IMG/VR virus record: IMGVR_UViG_3300043958_000209
Length of the DNA stretch: 20,000 nt
DNA from: an uncultured virus (IMG/VR IMGVR_UViG_3300043958_000209)
Taxonomy: Duplodnaviria; Heunggongvirae; Uroviricota; Caudoviricetes
Direction: 5' to 3' (one strand)
Positions 16,333 through 20,000 of the stretch are shown one piece after another. Both the position numbers and the translations under genes were made by a program. The first letter of the stretch is position 1, and each line of letters begins with the position of its first letter. Under the pieces are notes generated by a model. The model did no database searches and was not told the origin of the DNA. It saw nothing but the letters and a program-made list of their open reading frames with translations.

Positions 16333-16361
16333 TTGTAAATCGCTTAAAACGGTGATACAAT
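16333..16361 (+). promoter_or_regulatory. Sigma-70/SigA promoter for the ABC-3C operon
   Basis: TTGTAA (16333-16338), 17 nt, TACAAT (16356-16361), with an extended -10 TG. Confidence 0.65.
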
Positions 16362-16380
16362 CAAAAAAGAGTTTTGTAAG

Positions 16381-16463
16381 CAGATTTACTGATTCATATT
16401 ATAGAAAATCTGACTGGTGCAGGTTTTACCGCTGATGACCGTGGTTTGACCTGAAAGGTCAAA
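16381..16463 (-). promoter_or_regulatory. Leftward promoter lacking a -35, with a TGACC repeat array and palindromic operator
   Basis: TATAAT on the minus strand at 16403-16398, flanked by IR CAGATTT (16381-87) / AAATCTG (16406-12). TTACC at 16426, TGACC at 16436 and 16447, and palindrome TTTGACCT-GAA-AGGTCAAA at 16445-16463. Confidence 0.55.
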
Positions 16464-16478
16464 GGAGGTTATGCGATC

Positions 16479-17480
16479 GTGTATTTCCATGAGATTGCCG
16501 GTGAACTTAAGACATATATGAGCCCAACAGAGCGCGGCGGTGAATTTATCATCTGGCTTGTCGGGGAAACTTTGCGCGATCCAATGACTGAGGAAGAAGA
16601 GAAACTTGCAAAGAATGACGAATACAATCCGATGGCTCCTCATATGTCGTTGAACATGGCCGATCAGATACTTGAGGGCAAATCCAAGTTCATTTCCAAA
16701 GCAAGAGCTGGCCTTATTTGCAGCAGATATGATGGACAGGTTTTTGCAGACGAAATTGATAACCTGTACGACGCCAATAAAGATCACCTGCAAAACTTCC
16801 TTGCTGTGCGAGGACTGGATGTAGAGCGAGATGAACTTGGATCGGCGGTGCAGGATATTCTTGACCAGATATTTCACGGCCTTGCAAAAGGCATTCATGA
16901 TGTAGATATAGAACTGACAATTCACGATCCGAAGCCAAGCATCAAGAACCTTGCTGCGGATCGCATCTATTGCGAAAACGGGAAACTTTTTATAGACGGA
17001 GATGTTATTGAACTGCCAGTAAAATTGAGCGATGCCCAGATTTATGATTTTGAAGCCGGGTATATATCCGCTCTCTGCGACTCATACGCAGAAGTGCTTT
17101 CCAGAGACAATGTAACAGTCGATGACATTCCGAAGCTCCCTAAGAAATATCAGAAGAACTTTTTTGAACAGCGCAAGGCTTATCTCAGCGCCGAAAGCAT
17201 CCAGCGGTCAATCAGCGAAGTATATGAGGATGGAAAGAACCAGTTCGATATTCTGAAGGACGATGCGTATAACGGAGTCAAGACCACCTATTATGATGAC
17301 TTCGATAACGGATACAGAAGGCTTCTTGAGGTACTGAAAAAGATATCCGATGTTCAGCTAACAAAGTCGAAGTTGTCCCTGATCAAGAACTTGATCGGAA
17401 ATTTAGAAAGGCTTGGAATTGTCCATATCCTGGTCAACGACAAGACGATTTCATCGTGGGTAGATCCTTATGAGGAGTGA
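16479..17480 (+). CDS. ABC-three-component (Lamassu LmuA-like) protein: uncharacterised, possibly HTH-like N-terminal domain plus ABC-3C C-terminal domain
   Basis: The C-terminal half (E..YISALCDSYAE...FFEQRKAYLSAESIQR...F..LKDD.Y.GV...GY.RL..VL...GIVHILVND...W) fits an ABC-3C CTD. It is the first gene of an overlapping three-gene operon; GTG follows AGGAGG. Confidence 0.75.
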   Translation: MYFHEIAGELKTYMSPTERGGEFIIWLVGETLRDPMTEEEEKLAKNDEYNPMAPHMSLNMADQILEGKSKFISKARAGLICSRYDGQVFADEIDNLYDANKDHLQNFLAVRGLDVERDELGSAVQDILDQIFHGLAKGIHDVDIELTIHDPKPSIKNLAADRIYCENGKLFIDGDVIELPVKLSDAQIYDFEAGYISALCDSYAEVLSRDNVTVDDIPKLPKKYQKNFFEQRKAYLSAESIQRSISEVYEDGKNQFDILKDDAYNGVKTTYYDDFDNGYRRLLEVLKKISDVQLTKSKLSLIKNLIGNLERLGIVHILVNDKTISSWVDPYEE

Positions 17481-17931
17481 GATTTTCAATACGACCTTTG
17501 AAAACATGCTCAGAGTATTGGTGTTGCTGAATACTCTTAGCGTTCCGATGAATAAGGACAGAATTGCGGCACTTGATTTCATCTGCATTTATGGGAAGAA
17601 CTGCAAGGTTCTGGACAAGAACCTTCACGGAGATAATGAATTTGGATTTGCTGAATTCGCAGGAAAGCGTGAAAAAATAACCGAAGCTATAAAGCTTTCG
17701 GTCAAAAATAACTTTGTAAATGTGATTCAGGACAGAAACGGATTCCTGTACAGCATTAATGATCGCGGAAAAATGGTTGTGAATGATGTTCAGTCACCGT
17801 ATTCAAAAGCTTATACGGTCGGAGCAAAGATCGTGAACAGACGGTTTTCTACGTGTACGGATCAGGATATCCTGAAGTTCATAAGTGATAAAGCTTCAAA
17901 ATCAAGGAGGGCTGGGGATGCAGAAATTTAG
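17470..17931 (+). CDS. ABC-three-component middle component (MC2-like; LmuC equivalent)
   Basis: FNTTFENMLRVLVLL...RIAALDFI..YG...NLHGDNEF...E and G..YSI.D.G; 153 aa; overlaps both neighbours. Confidence 0.75.
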   Translation: MRSEIFNTTFENMLRVLVLLNTLSVPMNKDRIAALDFICIYGKNCKVLDKNLHGDNEFGFAEFAGKREKITEAIKLSVKNNFVNVIQDRNGFLYSINDRGKMVVNDVQSPYSKAYTVGAKIVNRRFSTCTDQDILKFISDKASKSRRAGDAEI

Positions 17932-19743
17932 AATTGTAAAACTTCGTGTATCCGGAGCCGGAAAGATTGACGGAGTTGTAGAATTCGACGATGGCCTGAA
18001 CATTATTCAGGGCAGGTCAAACACAGGTAAAACGTGGATACTGAAATGCATCTATTATCTGTTTAGCTCTGACAAGAGACCGTTTTCACCGCTTACCGGG
18101 TATACGGATATAGAAGGAGTTTTTGAGACCGAACGGTACGGGACAATTATGATTTCCCGAAAGCTGGATGAAACGAGTGCACATGTCACTTCAGATAATC
18201 CGGAAGTCGAAGATGGCGATTACGAAACGAATTATTCCACAAAGAAGCCCCGCTATCTGAATGACCTATGGATTCACATCATTGGCCTTGATGAGACAAT
18301 TGAAGTTCCTTCAAGTGCAAGATATGCGCGTGAAAGAATATCATGGACGAATATTGCCAACACGTTTTTTGTCGATGAAGACGAGGTGGATAAATCCGAA
18401 TCCATCGTTATTAAAGATCCACAGTACGAGACACCGCTGATAGCATCTCTGTATTACCTTTTGACCGGAGATTATAAAAAGGGTATTCCGGAGATTCTGA
18501 AGCCGGAGGTCGCTACGGCAAAGAAAAAAGGAATCGTCGACTATATTGAAGAACAGGTTATTTCCCTGAACGGGATGAAGGCCGATTATATAAAACAACT
18601 GGAGGCTTTGGAGGGCGTCGATGTAAAGCAACGAATGCAAGAATTAAACGACTGCATCAAGGAATGCCAGCAGGATACGAATGAACTGCTCGAAGAGAAT
18701 GCGGCTATTGTAAAGCAGATGGCTACCTACCAGAAGGAGGATGCCAACTGTCAGGTACTTCTTGACCGGTATGAATACCTGATCAGTCAGTACAAAGCAG
18801 ACCTACAGCGAATGGACTTTATAGCCAAAGGCGAAAAAGCTGTGCAGGCTTTGCCTTCGAATAATGTATGCCCGTTTTGCGGTGGTGAGCTTGGCGAGCA
18901 TGATGACAGTTACATGGAAGCAATTCAGGCGGAAATTACCCGTATTGCATCTGAGGTTACAGTCATTGCAGCTACGGAAGATGATGTCCGCGAAGAAATG
19001 AAAGCAGCAAAAGTAAGGATTGATGAGTTACAAGCAAGGCGCGACGAGATAGATGCAGCACTTGAAAAGAAGAGACAGGAGATACAGAGCTACCACGCCA
19101 ACCTTGATAAAATCGAGGATTATACCAGGCTGCAGAGCGGCATCGACTTTGTAAATGACCAGCTTGAAATTCTCGGCATGAAGAAGGTATCGGAGCTCCA
19201 GAAAAAGAAAAATCCTCCTTTGTACCATGCAAAGAAGGAATTTGAAGAATATGTAGGAACCGGCTTCAACAGTCTTCTTAATAAGATTCTTAAGGACTGC
19301 AATTATCGTTTCGGATATGCAAGCTGGGATTTCTCAATTTTTGACATCCTGATGGACGGAGTGCCGAAGTCTGAGGCGCAGGGCAAAGGATACAGGTCTT
19401 TCCTGAATTCAGTCGTGGCATTGATGCTGTATCAGTTTTTCAATAGTGATGACGTCTTCCTCAAGACGGGAATCTTGATGATCGACACTCCGCTTCTGGG
19501 TCTGGATGAGAGTGAGGATACCCTCGAGGGAGAAACGATAAAGAAAGGACTCTATCAGTACTTCATTGATCATAAGGGAGATGGGAGGTCATTATTGTTG
19601 ACAACCTCAACATGATCCCGGATCTTGATTTTGAGGCGCAGGGAGTAAAAGTAACAACATATTATAAAGACGAAAGAGATGGCCATACATACGGCTTTAT
19701 GCCAAGTTGGAGGAAGGATCTTCCTAAGGAGACACGGCAATGA
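17918..19743 (+). pseudogene. SMC/Rad50-like ABC ATPase (Lamassu LmuB-like) with a frameshift near the C-terminus
   Basis: Walker A GRSNTGKT, coiled coils around zinc hook CPFC, signature-like QGKGY, Walker B LMIDTP. At about 19586 GGG AGG TCA reads as GGG [C]AG GTC with one base missing. The other frame continues VIIVDNLNMIP...YGFMPSWRKDLPKETRQ to TGA 19741-43, overlapping the next ATG (ATGA). Intact length would be about 608 aa. Confidence 0.85.
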
Positions 19744-20000
19744 AATTATCATATAAAAAATTATGGGTGAAACTCGTTGAAAGAGATCTCAAGAAAACCG
19801 AATTTGCAAGAAAAGCTGGTATTAGTTCAGCTTCCCTTGCAAAGCTCGGAAAAGGCGCAAATATTACGACAGATGTACTCTTGAAAATCTGTGAGTATTT
19901 TGACTGCGATATATCAGATATTGTAGAAGTCATAAAAGCAGACGATGATAGCGCGCCGGAGAGCCAGAATGAGAAACAGGAGGACAAAGTAAATGGCTGA
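19740..20000 (+). CDS. Cro/C1-type HTH transcriptional regulator (HTH_26/DUF739-like)
   Basis: MKLSYKKLWVKLVERDLKKTEFARKAGISSASLAKLGKGANITTDVLLKICEYFDCDISDIVE. AGGAGG at 19978-83 and ATG at 19993 suggest a further coupled gene beyond the window. Confidence 0.88.
   Translation: MKLSYKKLWVKLVERDLKKTEFARKAGISSASLAKLGKGANITTDVLLKICEYFDCDISDIVEVIKADDDSAPESQNEKQEDKVNG

Larger units (their letters stand above)
1..16470 (-). mobile_element. Prophage: regulation, replication and start of packaging modules; extends beyond the window and probably also includes 16479-20000
   Basis: Co-oriented order sigma-like, DUF2800, DUF2815, PolA, primase, VRR-NUC, SNF2, late activator, HNH, TerS, methylase. No att site or integrase in the window. 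Confidence 0.93.

Noticed and set aside
16386..16925. 179-aa minus-strand ORF that could be mistaken for a repressor or Cro gene
   Set aside because: It is antisense to the ABC-3C CTD gene, has no recognisable motif or RBS, and is best read as a shadow ORF.

Overview
This window is part of a temperate prophage from a Bacillota/Clostridia-like host (about 50% GC). It is read mostly on the minus strand. From right to left it has a sigma-factor-like regulator, a replication module (DUF2800 Cas4-like nuclease, DUF2815 SSB-like protein, family A DNA polymerase, DUF4406-like protein, P4/D5 primase-helicase, VRR-NUC, SNF2 helicase), a late activator, an HNH nuclease, a P27-family small terminase and a ParB-fused DNA methyltransferase. 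A lower-GC cassette of about 3.2 kb lies between the HNH gene and the terS/cos region. It carries a YbfG/DUF1906-type peptidoglycan hydrolase, an orphan RelB/DinJ antitoxin and a small membrane protein. At the right end, divergent from the lytic genes where a CI repressor would normally sit, is an ABC-three-component (Lamassu-family) operon. Its effector slot holds a small, apparently non-enzymatic, XRE-HTH-like domain, and it faces a repeat-rich switch region with a long structured leader. The main hypothesis is that this is a Lamassu-like DNA sensor wired to prophage transcription control. Three clear frameshifts (methyltransferase, sigma-like gene, ABC ATPase) and one probable frameshift point to a decaying prophage or to indel errors in the sequence. 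All family assignments are by eye from motifs and gene order; no database searches were run.
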